A stretch of DNA of 64,000 nucleotides from Pseudomonadota bacterium (GTDB taxonomy: Bacteria; Pseudomonadota; Gammaproteobacteria; JAKAQQ01), in assembly GCA_027320085.1 (NCBI GenBank), contig DAHVLZ010000009.1, positions 288,001-352,000 of the forward strand, given 5' to 3'. The position numbers and the translations under genes were made by a program. Below, piece by piece: positions 18,759-28,951 of this stretch (position 1 is the first letter of the stretch; each line of letters opens with the position of its first letter). The notes under the pieces are model-generated. The model saw only the letters and a program-made list of their open reading frames with translations. It was not told the DNA's origin and ran no database searches.

Positions 18759-19244
18759 TCAGTTCAGCGGTTGAACGCGGACGGTACCGTCCGGAGAATA
18801 GAGAACCTGGACCCGTTCACCACTGGTCCAAGTGGTATGACCCTGTTGCTGAACAACCGCCATCAGGCGCCCGCTGTCCAGACGAACCGTCAGCTGTACA
18901 CCCGGCACTTTTCCGGTCGAATGACCAATGGCGTTTCCCGCAAGGGCACCGAGTACCACCCCGCCGACCGTGGCCAACGCCGCCCCGCGTCCACCACCAA
19001 TCGCACTGCCCGCAATCCCGCCAGCCACTCCACCAACCACGGTTCCAATCTGGCCATTCGTGATCTGTCCTTGTGCTTGTCCTCCTGAAATGGTGACAAA
19101 ACGGACTGCCACTAGGGTACCCAAGCGTACGCGCTGAATCGTCCGCGCCTCACCCCGGTAATAGGAACTGCCTCCCAAATTACTAGCACATCCAGCGAGC
19201 AAAACAGCTGCCACTAAAGCAGGGAAAAACAATAACTTGCGCAT
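18759..19244 (-). CDS. slyB: Outer-membrane lipoprotein with glycine zipper (SlyB family)
   Basis: Lipobox LAGC, GGVAGGIAGSAIGGGRG zipper, VRLDSGRLMAVVQ..GERVQV. Confidence 0.88.
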   Translation of the reverse strand: MRKLLFFPALVAAVLLAGCASNLGGSSYYRGEARTIQRVRLGTLVAVRFVTISGGQAQGQITNGQIGTVVGGVAGGIAGSAIGGGRGAALATVGGVVLGALAGNAIGHSTGKVPGVQLTVRLDSGRLMAVVQQQGHTTWTSGERVQVLYSPDGTVRVQPLN

Positions 19245-19362
19245 CAAGAAGCCCTCGATTTCCACGGGTGCAAGACTTGGATCATGATAGCATGTTCTCC
19301 TCGATCTACACCCGTAGAACGGTCCAGTTGCGCTCCGGTTGACCAGTGGCTCGGATCTCTCG

Positions 19363-22161
19363 CTAATGTCCTTTGCCACTTTCGTAGGCTGACAACGGGG
19401 CCTTGCGTCGCGCGGCGTACCGCTTGAGGTAGGCCATAACCATCTCATAAGATCTCAAGCCCTTGCTCGCGACCCATTCCTGCCTCATTTGCTCCGGACC
19501 CGAAACCTTGAGCAGGGTGGTTGGCGAATAGGATTGCCATGGATTAGGGGCCGGATCTGCGCCTGTCCCGGAGTGCCGTACCTGTCGTGCCCGATACCAA
19601 GCTTTCCAGTTAGGTGGCAAATTATGACCATTGACTCCAGCTTCCCGTCGCATCAGCGTGTAATGGCTGCAAGCTCCGGCGTTGAAAGCCAGTTGGACCT
19701 GCATCGGCAGAACCGGGGTCGGCGCGAAGTCCGGATGGCGGGTCCACAGGCCGGAGAAAACGCGGGCATTCTGATCCCATTGCGATAGGGCCGGAAGATC
19801 AAAAATCGCCTCCACGGTTTTTAGGATATTGACCTGCGAGTAAAGATGTGTTTCCAGGTGATTTCTTTTGACCCAAGGCCCGACCGCAAGAGCCAGTGTG
19901 CGATGGGCATTGATGTGATCTGCGCCTGACTGGGCATCGTCCTCAGTCACAAATACAACCATGTGTCTCCACTGAGGCGTGGTCGACAGGTAATGAATGA
20001 AACGGGCAGTTGCATGGTCGTTGTTGGCAACGTAGTAATCCGGCGTGTAATAACAAGGTGAACGGCCGGCTGTATGGTCATCCGGTAGCCAAATATAGAT
20101 AAAATGCGGGAAACGGGAGCCGGGATGAGCTTTGAGCCAATCCACTGACCGTCGCACTCGGTAGGTATCGAGAAGCATGCGGTCCCATCCTGGTACTTGT
20201 ATGGCCAAGTGCTTCCTCATCGCTGCGGAAATGTTGCCTGCCTCAGATCGGGAGACAAACTCGCCAAAGTCCTCGAATGACACCCGATGGGCGAGAAGAT
20301 CGTTGAAAAGAAACAGACGGCCTGGATAACTGATCCAGGGATTGGACCAAACACCCAGTGCCGAAAGGTTTTCATAGATCGCGTACGGATTGTCCACCCC
20401 GAGGGGCATTCCGCCTGTCCCAGTGGCCCCGCCCGGAATCAGGGACTGCGTCCATCCGGGATTGGCAACCAGTCCCCGGCCCGAATAGTACTCCGGCCAA
20501 GTCCGCTGCACGAAATCGGAATCAGACGCGGCAGTTGTCCATTGGTGACCTTGCGCAGTCACTTCCCCATCCGCCATGAAATTCACGAACAGTGTCCCTC
20601 GATGCGCGAGGTTGTAAAGATTGGGAAGCTCACGCGCCCCATAGAGGTCTAGGTGGGGGTCGGCCCAATGCCCGGCCGGGCGGTAATCGCCCAGATCCTC
20701 GTCGAAAGTTTTATTTTCCCTCAGAATAAAAACCACATACCGGATATGCCGGCGCAACCAGTGGGCGGTTTGCTGATTAGCCTGATGGCGAGTTGTTCGC
20801 TGCAGCCTCGCAAAGCCATCATTCCGAAGGACGTCACGGGTCCATCGGGACCCGTGACGTGAGAGCGTGGCAAGGTCAATCTTCTGTACGAGCCCACCCA
20901 TCATGTCACCCACCCATTGGTGCTCGACATTGGGTCCGGAACCCAAGCCCTTAGCGGAGGCAATGTACAACGTTCCTTTCCGGACCGCCAGCGAAGTTGG
21001 ATACCACCCGGTCGGAATCAGTTCTTGTCGCTTTCCAGTTTTGAGGGAGAACACGGCAACGTCGTTGTTACCGGCATTCGCTACGAAAATCCGGTCTCTT
21101 GCCACAGCCAAGGCATCAGGATAGCTACCAGGGGCTGAGTCTAGATATGGGCTGTCATCCAGCACGTCCATCTCCCTGAGAGAAAGGACATTTACACGGG
21201 CTACTTGGTCCACGTTCGATAGGGCAACCAGTACATCAGGGGTTCCTGGAATGGTGGCCAGGGCAGTTGGATGAATCCCGGCACGAGTGTTCCCCGGACC
21301 CGTGGACGGCCCAAGCCGTATGGTCCCTGCGAGTCTCAGATTTCGGGGTTTCACTATCGCCACCCGGTCACTCCCCCAGAGACTCACGACGAGCCGCCGT
21401 CCTTCATCGGCAAAAGTCAGGGCGAATGGATACGGGCCTACATTGAGGTAGCGCACATGACCGTTCTTGAGGTCGATACGCGCGAGACTATTCGCCAAAA
21501 GACCACTCACGAAGAGATGAAGACCACGCGGGCCTGCTGCAATCGCATCGGGGTAGAACAGACGATGCGAGATAGCGTGATGTCCAGCGTAATGGTAAGG
21601 GTACTGGCGGCTGGGAAAAGCTTGCCATGCCAGGGGATAGCGCCGGAGAACTACGACGTGCCCACCGCGCCGGACCAAGGCCAATACATCGTCACTGACT
21701 CCCCCTGCCACAAAGAGTCTCCTCCCATGCACACTGACAGCCATGCCCTGAAAAAAACTTTGGTGCCCAACCGCTGTCTTGTCGCCTCTCGTGCCCCTCC
21801 TCATACGATGTGACGGTCCCTTGGTTGCCACGAGTTGGGTCATCTCCTTCAACGACTCGGCGGAGTAGAGAGTGACATCTTGGACGCGGGTAGCACCGTT
21901 ATTGAGAACAGCCACGTCAGGTCCCCAAGACAGGAGAGCCGTGACAAAGTTCTGCGTTCCCTGGATACGGCCCCGAGGAGAAACTATGCGCCCGGTCGGC
22001 AGTACATGTGAGAAGCGGGCAGCATTGGCTTCTCCTACCACAACCGGTCCGATCACATTCTTGCTGTTGGGTACGGGCGCCGCGAGGGCCTGAAACGACA
22101 GGACAGTGGCGGCAGCAGCCCCACACAAGGCAAGGATCCTCGGGGATCTCAAAAATTTCAT
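19363..22161 (-). CDS. Exported YncE-like beta-propeller / phosphoesterase (alkaline phosphatase superfamily) fusion
   Basis: Signal peptide; VANAGNNDVAV, IPTGWYPT, ILRENKTFDEDLGD, LPDDHTAG, EDDAQSGADHINAHR. Confidence 0.88.
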   Translation of the reverse strand: MKFLRSPRILALCGAAAATVLSFQALAAPVPNSKNVIGPVVVGEANAARFSHVLPTGRIVSPRGRIQGTQNFVTALLSWGPDVAVLNNGATRVQDVTLYSAESLKEMTQLVATKGPSHRMRRGTRGDKTAVGHQSFFQGMAVSVHGRRLFVAGGVSDDVLALVRRGGHVVVLRRYPLAWQAFPSRQYPYHYAGHHAISHRLFYPDAIAAGPRGLHLFVSGLLANSLARIDLKNGHVRYLNVGPYPFALTFADEGRRLVVSLWGSDRVAIVKPRNLRLAGTIRLGPSTGPGNTRAGIHPTALATIPGTPDVLVALSNVDQVARVNVLSLREMDVLDDSPYLDSAPGSYPDALAVARDRIFVANAGNNDVAVFSLKTGKRQELIPTGWYPTSLAVRKGTLYIASAKGLGSGPNVEHQWVGDMMGGLVQKIDLATLSRHGSRWTRDVLRNDGFARLQRTTRHQANQQTAHWLRRHIRYVVFILRENKTFDEDLGDYRPAGHWADPHLDLYGARELPNLYNLAHRGTLFVNFMADGEVTAQGHQWTTAASDSDFVQRTWPEYYSGRGLVANPGWTQSLIPGGATGTGGMPLGVDNPYAIYENLSALGVWSNPWISYPGRLFLFNDLLAHRVSFEDFGEFVSRSEAGNISAAMRKHLAIQVPGWDRMLLDTYRVRRSVDWLKAHPGSRFPHFIYIWLPDDHTAGRSPCYYTPDYYVANNDHATARFIHYLSTTPQWRHMVVFVTEDDAQSGADHINAHRTLALAVGPWVKRNHLETHLYSQVNILKTVEAIFDLPALSQWDQNARVFSGLWTRHPDFAPTPVLPMQVQLAFNAGACSHYTLMRREAGVNGHNLPPNWKAWYRARQVRHSGTGADPAPNPWQSYSPTTLLKVSGPEQMRQEWVASKGLRSYEMVMAYLKRYAARRKAPLSAYESGKGH

Positions 22162-22330
22162 CTCACACTCCTTACAAATGGATGGATGGGATTAGGGGCT
22201 TGAGCCTTCTCAAGCACCACAGCAGCAGATCAAGGGGCAGGGGCATCCTAGCATGCCTCCCAGCTCACACGTGCCTGCCATACCAAGGTCAACCTTCCCT
22301 AGTGGCATTGCCTGATATCCGGTAGTATTA

Positions 22331-22370
22331 GTGTCATAACACTGTCATGTTTATTATTTATCATTGTCAC
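22331..22370 (+). promoter_or_regulatory. Pho box (PhoB-binding site)
   Basis: GTGTCAT-AACA-CTGTCAT (22331-22348) matches the CTGTCAT-N4-CTGTCA(C/T) consensus. A further in-phase TTGTCAC lies at 22364. Confidence 0.8.
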
Positions 22371-22394
22371 ACTTCGGCAACATATCTAAATTCA

Positions 22395-23753
22395 ATGCCC
22401 TCATCTGTTTCAGATAAACCCTCTCAACCCCGAGGATCGGGATGGCGCATCTTTCTACTCCTTGCCGTTGCCGGAATTGCCACCATTCCGGCTGCCGTAG
22501 CCAAAGTAACAGCTAAACATCACCCGCAGCATCGCCTTTCTCTTGGTAGTGCGGGTACGCTAACCGGTCGCTTCCGGGACTATGACTTCTCCCGTTGGTA
22601 CGAGAACTCCGCTGCCCCAATCGATCAGCATGCCAACGGTCTGGCCGGCCTTTTCAATTTCCGTTCAAGGCGTTTTGGCGGTCACTGGCGCGGGTATGCC
22701 AGTTTCTATGTAGCGACCGATCTTTTCGGAATCAACAACTCCCAGATGGATTATCGCGCCCTGGACACCACACTCTTCGGAACCCATACTCTGCAAAGTC
22801 TTGGTCAAGCCTACCTGACCTACCAGCAGGCAGGGTTTCAAATCGGTGGCGGTGCCTTCCCTCTCAACACGCCCTGGATGGGATCCTCGGATTCGCGGTT
22901 GATCCCGGCAACCTACGAAGGATTTTTCGGACGATGGAACCCGGCACCAGGTTGGACCCTGGAGGCCATACGCGAGTTTCGCTGGAAGAGCCGAACGTCG
23001 TCGCGTTTCTCGGCCACCAACCTCTATAATTCCGCCGGGGTTGCCGGGATCTACGGAGGTACACCGGACCCGACGGTCGGCGGTACCCGAAACCCGGGCA
23101 CATTTGCTTTGGGATCCACTTGGGCCTGGAAGACCGTCCGGGCCGATCTCTGGTACTACGATTTCTACCACTTTGCTCAGATGGCCTACGGCAGCGGATC
23201 GCTCCACCTTTCCCTGCAAGGCACTGATTTTCTCATTATCGGGATACAGGGGCTCCGTGAGTGGAGCCAGAACTCCACCTCTCTCGGAGTCCCCGTGGCG
23301 AGCTCGGCTTACGGGGCGGAGGTCGGTCTGGGGTTCAGCGCCAGCCGTTTGATCCTGAGCTATGATCGGATCCCGCGCGCGGTGACCGGGTTTAGGAACG
23401 GAGGTGTCGTCTCACCCTACACTTCGGGATACGCGACTGACCCCCTCTACACCACCTCCATGACAGCCGGCCTCGTTGAGAAAGGTCCAGGACAGGCGCT
23501 TAAACTGGCTTGGATCCAGTTTTTTGAGCACTCCTTCCGGGTCATCCTGAGCGAAGCTGGCTACTGGACCACCCCGGCTTATCCCAACACACACGAGACT
23601 GATATCGACGTGACTTGGTTTGCAGGAGGTCCCTGGAGAGGCCTGTCAATCAGAAACCGCCTGGGTATCGTGACGGGCATCAACGGGCAATACGGAACTC
23701 CGGACCTCGGAACGTTTCTCTACGAGCGTCTCATGCTCCAGTACCGGTTTTGA
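22395..23753 (+). CDS. OprD-like outer membrane porin
   Basis: Signal peptide; LGQAYLTY..LNTPW..DSRLIPATYEG; alternating beta strands; C-terminal YRF. Confidence 0.82.
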   Translation: MPSSVSDKPSQPRGSGWRIFLLLAVAGIATIPAAVAKVTAKHHPQHRLSLGSAGTLTGRFRDYDFSRWYENSAAPIDQHANGLAGLFNFRSRRFGGHWRGYASFYVATDLFGINNSQMDYRALDTTLFGTHTLQSLGQAYLTYQQAGFQIGGGAFPLNTPWMGSSDSRLIPATYEGFFGRWNPAPGWTLEAIREFRWKSRTSSRFSATNLYNSAGVAGIYGGTPDPTVGGTRNPGTFALGSTWAWKTVRADLWYYDFYHFAQMAYGSGSLHLSLQGTDFLIIGIQGLREWSQNSTSLGVPVASSAYGAEVGLGFSASRLILSYDRIPRAVTGFRNGGVVSPYTSGYATDPLYTTSMTAGLVEKGPGQALKLAWIQFFEHSFRVILSEAGYWTTPAYPNTHETDIDVTWFAGGPWRGLSIRNRLGIVTGINGQYGTPDLGTFLYERLMLQYRF

Positions 23754-23879
23754 AGCCCTCATTTAATGTGCAAACGACCCCCGAATTGTTCGCCCCCTTA
23801 GTTTCGGGGCGCCGGGTCTCGGGCGACAGTTGCACACAGAGAGATTCGTGTCCTTCGCGGAAACACTCCCTCTTATGCC

Positions 23880-24509
23880 TCATGCGGCAGCACCGGCTTT
23901 GAACACGACGGAGCGGATGGATTCGTGCGCATTCCGCATTGACTGTTCGCGCTGCTCCGGACTGATTGCAAGACCTTCCGCGCGAACGACCACAGGATCG
24001 CTGATGCCGATGAATGCGAGTACAGAGATTAGATAACGTTCCTGGAAATCCATAACTGCATACGGGCTCTCGCCCGCGTAGATCCCGCCGCGTGTCGAGA
24101 CGATCACTACCTTTTTTTCAGCGACCAAGCCTTCAGGACCATTTTCCGTGTAACGGAACGTATATCCCGCTTGGACGACGCGATCGACCCATGCCTTGAG
24201 CTGCGTGGGCAAACCAAAGTTGTACATCGGCGCGCCGATCACCACGACATCCGAGTCTAGGAATTCCCTGAGGAGTTTTTCGGTGAGCGCCCGATCTCGG
24301 CGCTGCACCTGCGTCATGACTTCGCTGACAGCGGTACGCGATGGGAGGCTCACAAGAGCCACATGGGGAAGTGAATCTGCCGCAAGGTCGCGATAGACGA
24401 CCCGGATACCGGGTTCACGGGTACGCCATTCCCGCACTAGGGACGCGGTGAGTAGGCGCGAGGCCGAAGCCTCCTGGGAGATACTCGAATCGATATGAAG
24501 CAGTTGCAA
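23880..24509 (-). CDS. azoR: FMN-dependent NADH-azoreductase
   Basis: LLHIDSS, GAPMYNFGLPTQLKAWVDRV..TFRYTENGPEGL, STRGG; TTG start with GGAG RBS. Confidence 0.95.
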   Translation of the reverse strand: MQLLHIDSSISQEASASRLLTASLVREWRTREPGIRVVYRDLAADSLPHVALVSLPSRTAVSEVMTQVQRRDRALTEKLLREFLDSDVVVIGAPMYNFGLPTQLKAWVDRVVQAGYTFRYTENGPEGLVAEKKVVIVSTRGGIYAGESPYAVMDFQERYLISVLAFIGISDPVVVRAEGLAISPEQREQSMRNAHESIRSVVFKAGAAA

Positions 24510-24587
24510 GTATTTCTCCCATCGGTTGTTTCTGGAGTTATAAAGCTACCCGACAGGACAGACTTGCACTAGACTGCTAAAATAGAA

Positions 24588-24615
24588 ATAATTGTTCTAT
24601 ATATGGAACAATTAT
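24588..24615. promoter_or_regulatory. LysR-type operator (inverted repeat)
   Basis: ATAATTGTTC-8 nt-GAACAATTAT containing T-N11-A, between the divergent azoR and lysR. Confidence 0.7.
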
Positions 24616-25533
24616 ATGGATGATTTAAACGATTTTTTTTATTTTTCCCAAGTCGTCGACCAGGGAGGATTCGCATCGGCTGGCCGGGCGCTGGGTATCC
24701 CGAAATCCCGGCTGAGCCGACGCATTGCCGGACTGGAACAGCGGCTCGGTGCACGCTTGCTGCACCGCACGACACGCCGGCTGCATGTCACGGAGCTGGG
24801 TGAGCAATTCCTGCAACATTGCCACGCAATGCTGGTTGAGGCACAGGCGGCCCGTTCCGTAATCGACGAAGCCCGGAGCGAACCCCGGGGCACATTGCGC
24901 GTGAGCTGCCCGCTGAGCATCGCCCAGCACATGTTGGCACCACTGTTGCCGCGTTTCCTGCTGACCTATCCGAAGGTCCGGTTATGGCTGGAGATCACAG
25001 GACGACGCGTTGACGTGATCCAGGATGGTTTTGACATCGCCATCCGCGTGCGCGCAACCCTGGAGGATTCCAGCCTTGCGATGCGCTCCTTCGGTAAACA
25101 CAGCGCCATGTTGGTTGCGAGCCCAGAATTTCTCAATCAACATGGGCGGCCTCGCACAGTCGACGATCTCTCCCGGCTCGACAGCGTTGACCTGATACGC
25201 CAAGATGGAAGGCACGTGCTATCAATCACCGACCCAAAGGGCGCCATGCATCAGATAACGCTGCAGCCGCGGCTCGTCGTCGACGACATGACTGTACTGT
25301 ATGAAACGGTACTAGGTGGCGCCGCCATGGCTGTGCTGCCGCTCTACATGTGCCAGGCGGCATTGCACGAGGGAAAACTCGAGACAATACCGACTGGCTG
25401 GAAGATGCCAATCTTCACGCTGCACGCCGTCTTTCCCTCGCGTCGCGGCCTGCTGCCATCCGTGCGCGCATTCCTCGATTATCTCAGCCTCAACCTACCG
25501 GGCGAACCCGACGATACGACCACACCACCATAA
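24616..25533 (+). CDS. LysR-family transcriptional regulator (CrgA-like)
   Basis: DLNDFFYFSQVVDQGGFASAGRALGIPKSRLSRRI HTH; RRVDVIQDGFDIAIR. Confidence 0.96.
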   Translation: MDDLNDFFYFSQVVDQGGFASAGRALGIPKSRLSRRIAGLEQRLGARLLHRTTRRLHVTELGEQFLQHCHAMLVEAQAARSVIDEARSEPRGTLRVSCPLSIAQHMLAPLLPRFLLTYPKVRLWLEITGRRVDVIQDGFDIAIRVRATLEDSSLAMRSFGKHSAMLVASPEFLNQHGRPRTVDDLSRLDSVDLIRQDGRHVLSITDPKGAMHQITLQPRLVVDDMTVLYETVLGGAAMAVLPLYMCQAALHEGKLETIPTGWKMPIFTLHAVFPSRRGLLPSVRAFLDYLSLNLPGEPDDTTTPP

Positions 25534-25930
25534 CGCTGCCTAATGCAGACGGCTAATCGAACGGGCGTTTGTTATACCTGATCCAGCTGCAACGGGCCTA
25601 TTGATCGCGAAGCAGTGCACGGCTCCTTGAACGGATGTGCGATCCGGGTCGCACCGAAAATTTCCGCTCCTCGGGCACTGACCTGTTGACGCCACGCTCG
25701 GAGAAGCCGGAAGGACCCTCTCTGGGACAGGGAATACAACCATCTGACGTTCCGGTATCATGCATTCGTCCCCAAGAGGCGAAAATTAACAAACTGCTCA
25801 GGCTGTTCTCTTCTCTCAAGTTAGGGAACTCGACGGGGCCTTTCTGTTCTAACTTTTCCAAACCCCCCTTAGTCGAGCGTGTCAGAAGACACTGGAGGGG
25901 TGCAAACAGTCCACTGTCAGGATTTTTCCC

Positions 25931-28873
25931 ATGCCGTCCCCACCCCCCACCCGGTCACAGCGGCTCTCCTACGCATTCCTCGGTCTTTTTTCCTTGGGGA
26001 CCCTGGTTCCGGTCGCGGCTGCTGCCCAGACTCGGACGTCCCACCACGCTCGAACAGGATTGGCCAGTTCATCCGCTGCCTCCTCCCGTGCAACCCATCT
26101 CACCCGAATCCGGGTGACCGGCTCAAGTCTGGTCACCACCTCCGGGAGGACTCCGACTCCCATTTATGTCATCCGGGGACAAGCGTTGAGCAACGAGGGG
26201 TACGTCACAATCGGCCAAGTGATTTCACGGCTTTCATTCGACGGTTCTGCTGCCAGTTCATCCAGTGCCTTCACGAGCCAGTTCACCAATGGAGGTGAAG
26301 CCAATGTGAGCCTGCACAGTCTGGGCCATAACCGGGTTCTCGTTTTGGTCAATGGCAAGCGCTGGGTGAGTGGTCTCAAAGGCGATGTCGATCTCAACAG
26401 TATTCCGCTGGCCCTTGTTCGTCGAGTTGAGATTTTTGATGCCAATGGCGGGGCCCGCTACGGTTCGGGTGCTATCGCTGGTGTTGTCGATATCATCACC
26501 CGTCGCACCTATCACGGTTCCACCCTTTCCCTGTACGACGGCATCTACCAAGGGAATGGCCACTGGGGAGGGGCCACACAAGGGCTTTCTTTCTCCACAG
26601 GCACTGCCTCAAGAAACAGCGGTGTAATCTTTGGCTTCACCTACTTCAATCAAGCTGGAATACCTGCCGGTGACCGGAATATTTCGAGGGAACCGATCGC
26701 TGGAACTGGTGTCACACGCGGTAGCTTGGCCACCCCACAGGGAACTTTCGAATTTGTGCCCGAAAGTGGTCCACTCACAAACTCCACCCTCTGCCCGACG
26801 GCAAAAGGCCAACCGCTCTGTGATCTGACCCGCATTCCGGGTACCAACGGCTTGAGTCTCACCAACTTCACGCCCTTTACCCAGCTCGATCTCTTCAACC
26901 CGGCACCCTTCAACCAGCTACTTGAGCCGCAGGAACGCACGAGTTTCTACGTCCACGGCTTTCATCACATCAACTCGCGACTCGATTGGACCTTTTCGGC
27001 GTTCTACAACCGGCGCAATTCTTCCCAGCAAACAGCTCCTCCTCTGCTCATCCTGGGGAAAAATGGGTTGGACATTAACATTGCCGCCAATCAGGCCTAC
27101 AATCCATTCGGCACCGCCCTGGACTCGAGCGGTCCCAACGCCAACCTGATTTCCCTAGGCAGAGCCATGGTGGAAGATGGCCCATTGCTCCTCACGGAAC
27201 AGGTCAACATGTTGCGCCTGTCCACAGGGGTCAAGGGGATTTTTGGTCCCCGATCAGCGCCCTGGCTCTGGAATGCCTATGTCACCTACAGCCAGAATGA
27301 CGTCACCGACACCAACCATGGGCGCTTCAATCTCTCCCACCTAGCGTTTGCCCTGTCTGACCCGACCGCTTGTGCCTCACAACCCGGCTGCGTCCCTCTC
27401 AATCTGTTCGGAGGTCCAGGGACCATTACATCTGCCATGTTGAAATACATCGGGTTTACCGAGGTCAACACGATTGCCAATATCCAGCGCATGGTAGGCG
27501 CCAACGTTTCCTCACCAGGTCTTTGGAATGACGGGGCAGGTCGACTACGGGTCGAGGCTGGATACCAGTTCAGGGACCATGCCGGAAACTCGAGCCCGAA
27601 TCCGATTGCCCAAGCTGGCGAGGACAGTGCAAGCCCTGGCATTCCCGTATTGCCGACCGTTGGCAGCTATGCCACCAACTCGGTCTATGCCACTCTGCAC
27701 CTACCACTCCTAAGGAAAGTAACAGGGTTCCGCCGATTCAGTCTCGATATTACCCACCGGTACTCGCACTACAATACATTTGGTCCGATCCAGCTCACCC
27801 AGATCGCCCTCCATGACCGGATCAACCGCTCATTGACCCTCCGTGCGGTATGGGGACAGAGTTTCCGCACCCCGAACCTCCATGAAGCGAGTGCCGCCCT
27901 AGTCGACGAACTCGTACCGGTCTCCGATCCCTGCAGCAATTATTCCACTGCAACGCCCGCGGTGCAGCGATCCTGCGCTGTGGCCGGAGTTCCCACTTCC
28001 TATGTCCAGCCGGAATCGACGGTTGAAGAACTGACAGGAGGGAATCCCAATCTCCAGCCTGAAACGGCCATCAACCGAACCCTCGGGTTCGTCTGGACTC
28101 CCTCTGCCTTTCCGTTGGAAGTCGAAGTTGATTACTACCGCATCACGATCAACCAAGCCATCGGCGCCCCCGGAGCACAGGAAGTCCTGAACAGCTGCTA
28201 CCTGTCAGGCAATCCCCTGGATTGCACCCGAATCAGCCGTGCCTCGGATGGGGTCATCCAATCAATCAACAATACCGATGCCAACTTGGGCGGGATCATG
28301 ACCGACGGAGTCGATGGACTTGCCGAGTACCGGTTCCCTTCGACCACGGTCGGCAGTTTCACGGCCAGTCTGATGATGAGCTGGGTCCACAACTATAAAC
28401 TCACCTCTCCGGCCTATCCTTCCGGGACTGATGTCACAAACCTAGTGGGTGTGGAAAGAGGAGGAACCTCTTTCCCCCTGGGAGTTCCGCGTCTAAAGGC
28501 CACCTATGTCATCGACTGGAATCGGGGTCCTTACGAAGGTAGTGTTGACTTTCGTTACATCAGTCCGTTGTCCCAATCGTGTAGTGACTTTCTGAACGGA
28601 ACACCGGAAAGCCTGACCGCCCTCGGTCTTTGTTCCGAACCGAACTATCAGAACAACGCGTTCTCGCGAACCGTGCTTAGCAGTGAGTTCTACACTGATC
28701 TCCAGTTCGGTTATGACATTGCGGCCTGGCAAACAGAAATCCGTTTAGGAATCCGCAACTTATTTGGGCGCCCCCCCCCGGTCTCAACTAATGCAGTCAT
28801 TGACAGTTACGATCCTTCCATCTACGACATTCCGGGACGTTTCCTATACGTTGATCTTTCCAGCCAGTTTTAG
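25931..28873 (+). CDS. TonB-dependent receptor
   Basis: Signal peptide, RIRVTGS TonB-box region, plug motifs RVLVLVNGKR and YGSGAIAGVVDIIT, GNPNLQPE, C-terminal GRFLYVDLSSQF. Confidence 0.95.
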   Translation: MPSPPPTRSQRLSYAFLGLFSLGTLVPVAAAAQTRTSHHARTGLASSSAASSRATHLTRIRVTGSSLVTTSGRTPTPIYVIRGQALSNEGYVTIGQVISRLSFDGSAASSSSAFTSQFTNGGEANVSLHSLGHNRVLVLVNGKRWVSGLKGDVDLNSIPLALVRRVEIFDANGGARYGSGAIAGVVDIITRRTYHGSTLSLYDGIYQGNGHWGGATQGLSFSTGTASRNSGVIFGFTYFNQAGIPAGDRNISREPIAGTGVTRGSLATPQGTFEFVPESGPLTNSTLCPTAKGQPLCDLTRIPGTNGLSLTNFTPFTQLDLFNPAPFNQLLEPQERTSFYVHGFHHINSRLDWTFSAFYNRRNSSQQTAPPLLILGKNGLDINIAANQAYNPFGTALDSSGPNANLISLGRAMVEDGPLLLTEQVNMLRLSTGVKGIFGPRSAPWLWNAYVTYSQNDVTDTNHGRFNLSHLAFALSDPTACASQPGCVPLNLFGGPGTITSAMLKYIGFTEVNTIANIQRMVGANVSSPGLWNDGAGRLRVEAGYQFRDHAGNSSPNPIAQAGEDSASPGIPVLPTVGSYATNSVYATLHLPLLRKVTGFRRFSLDITHRYSHYNTFGPIQLTQIALHDRINRSLTLRAVWGQSFRTPNLHEASAALVDELVPVSDPCSNYSTATPAVQRSCAVAGVPTSYVQPESTVEELTGGNPNLQPETAINRTLGFVWTPSAFPLEVEVDYYRITINQAIGAPGAQEVLNSCYLSGNPLDCTRISRASDGVIQSINNTDANLGGIMTDGVDGLAEYRFPSTTVGSFTASLMMSWVHNYKLTSPAYPSGTDVTNLVGVERGGTSFPLGVPRLKATYVIDWNRGPYEGSVDFRYISPLSQSCSDFLNGTPESLTALGLCSEPNYQNNAFSRTVLSSEFYTDLQFGYDIAAWQTEIRLGIRNLFGRPPPVSTNAVIDSYDPSIYDIPGRFLYVDLSSQF

Positions 28874-28951
28874 TGGGAATCGTTGTGAGCAGGACGGTAC
28901 AATCCTCTCTTAGATGATGAGGGGGGGAGTTCTGCCTCAACCCACCAGCCG

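Noticed and set aside
25528-25577. attC-like ends after lysR (CCATAAC...GTTATAC), suggesting an azoR-lysR gene cassette
   Set aside because: Only about 50 nt, shorter than typical attC sites. Inner pairing is poor on the bottom strand, and there is no second site or integrase in the window.
25610-25730. Cobalamin-riboswitch-like fragments upstream of the TonB receptor (GCACTG, AAGCCGGAAGGACC)
   Set aside because: The conserved core elements cannot be assembled in the right order; an Rfam hit would be needed.
28771-28779. C9 tract near the TonB receptor C-terminus as a phase-variation switch
   Set aside because: It encodes an expected Pro-rich motif, and C7-C8 runs also occur in essential genes here (dnaG, atpH).
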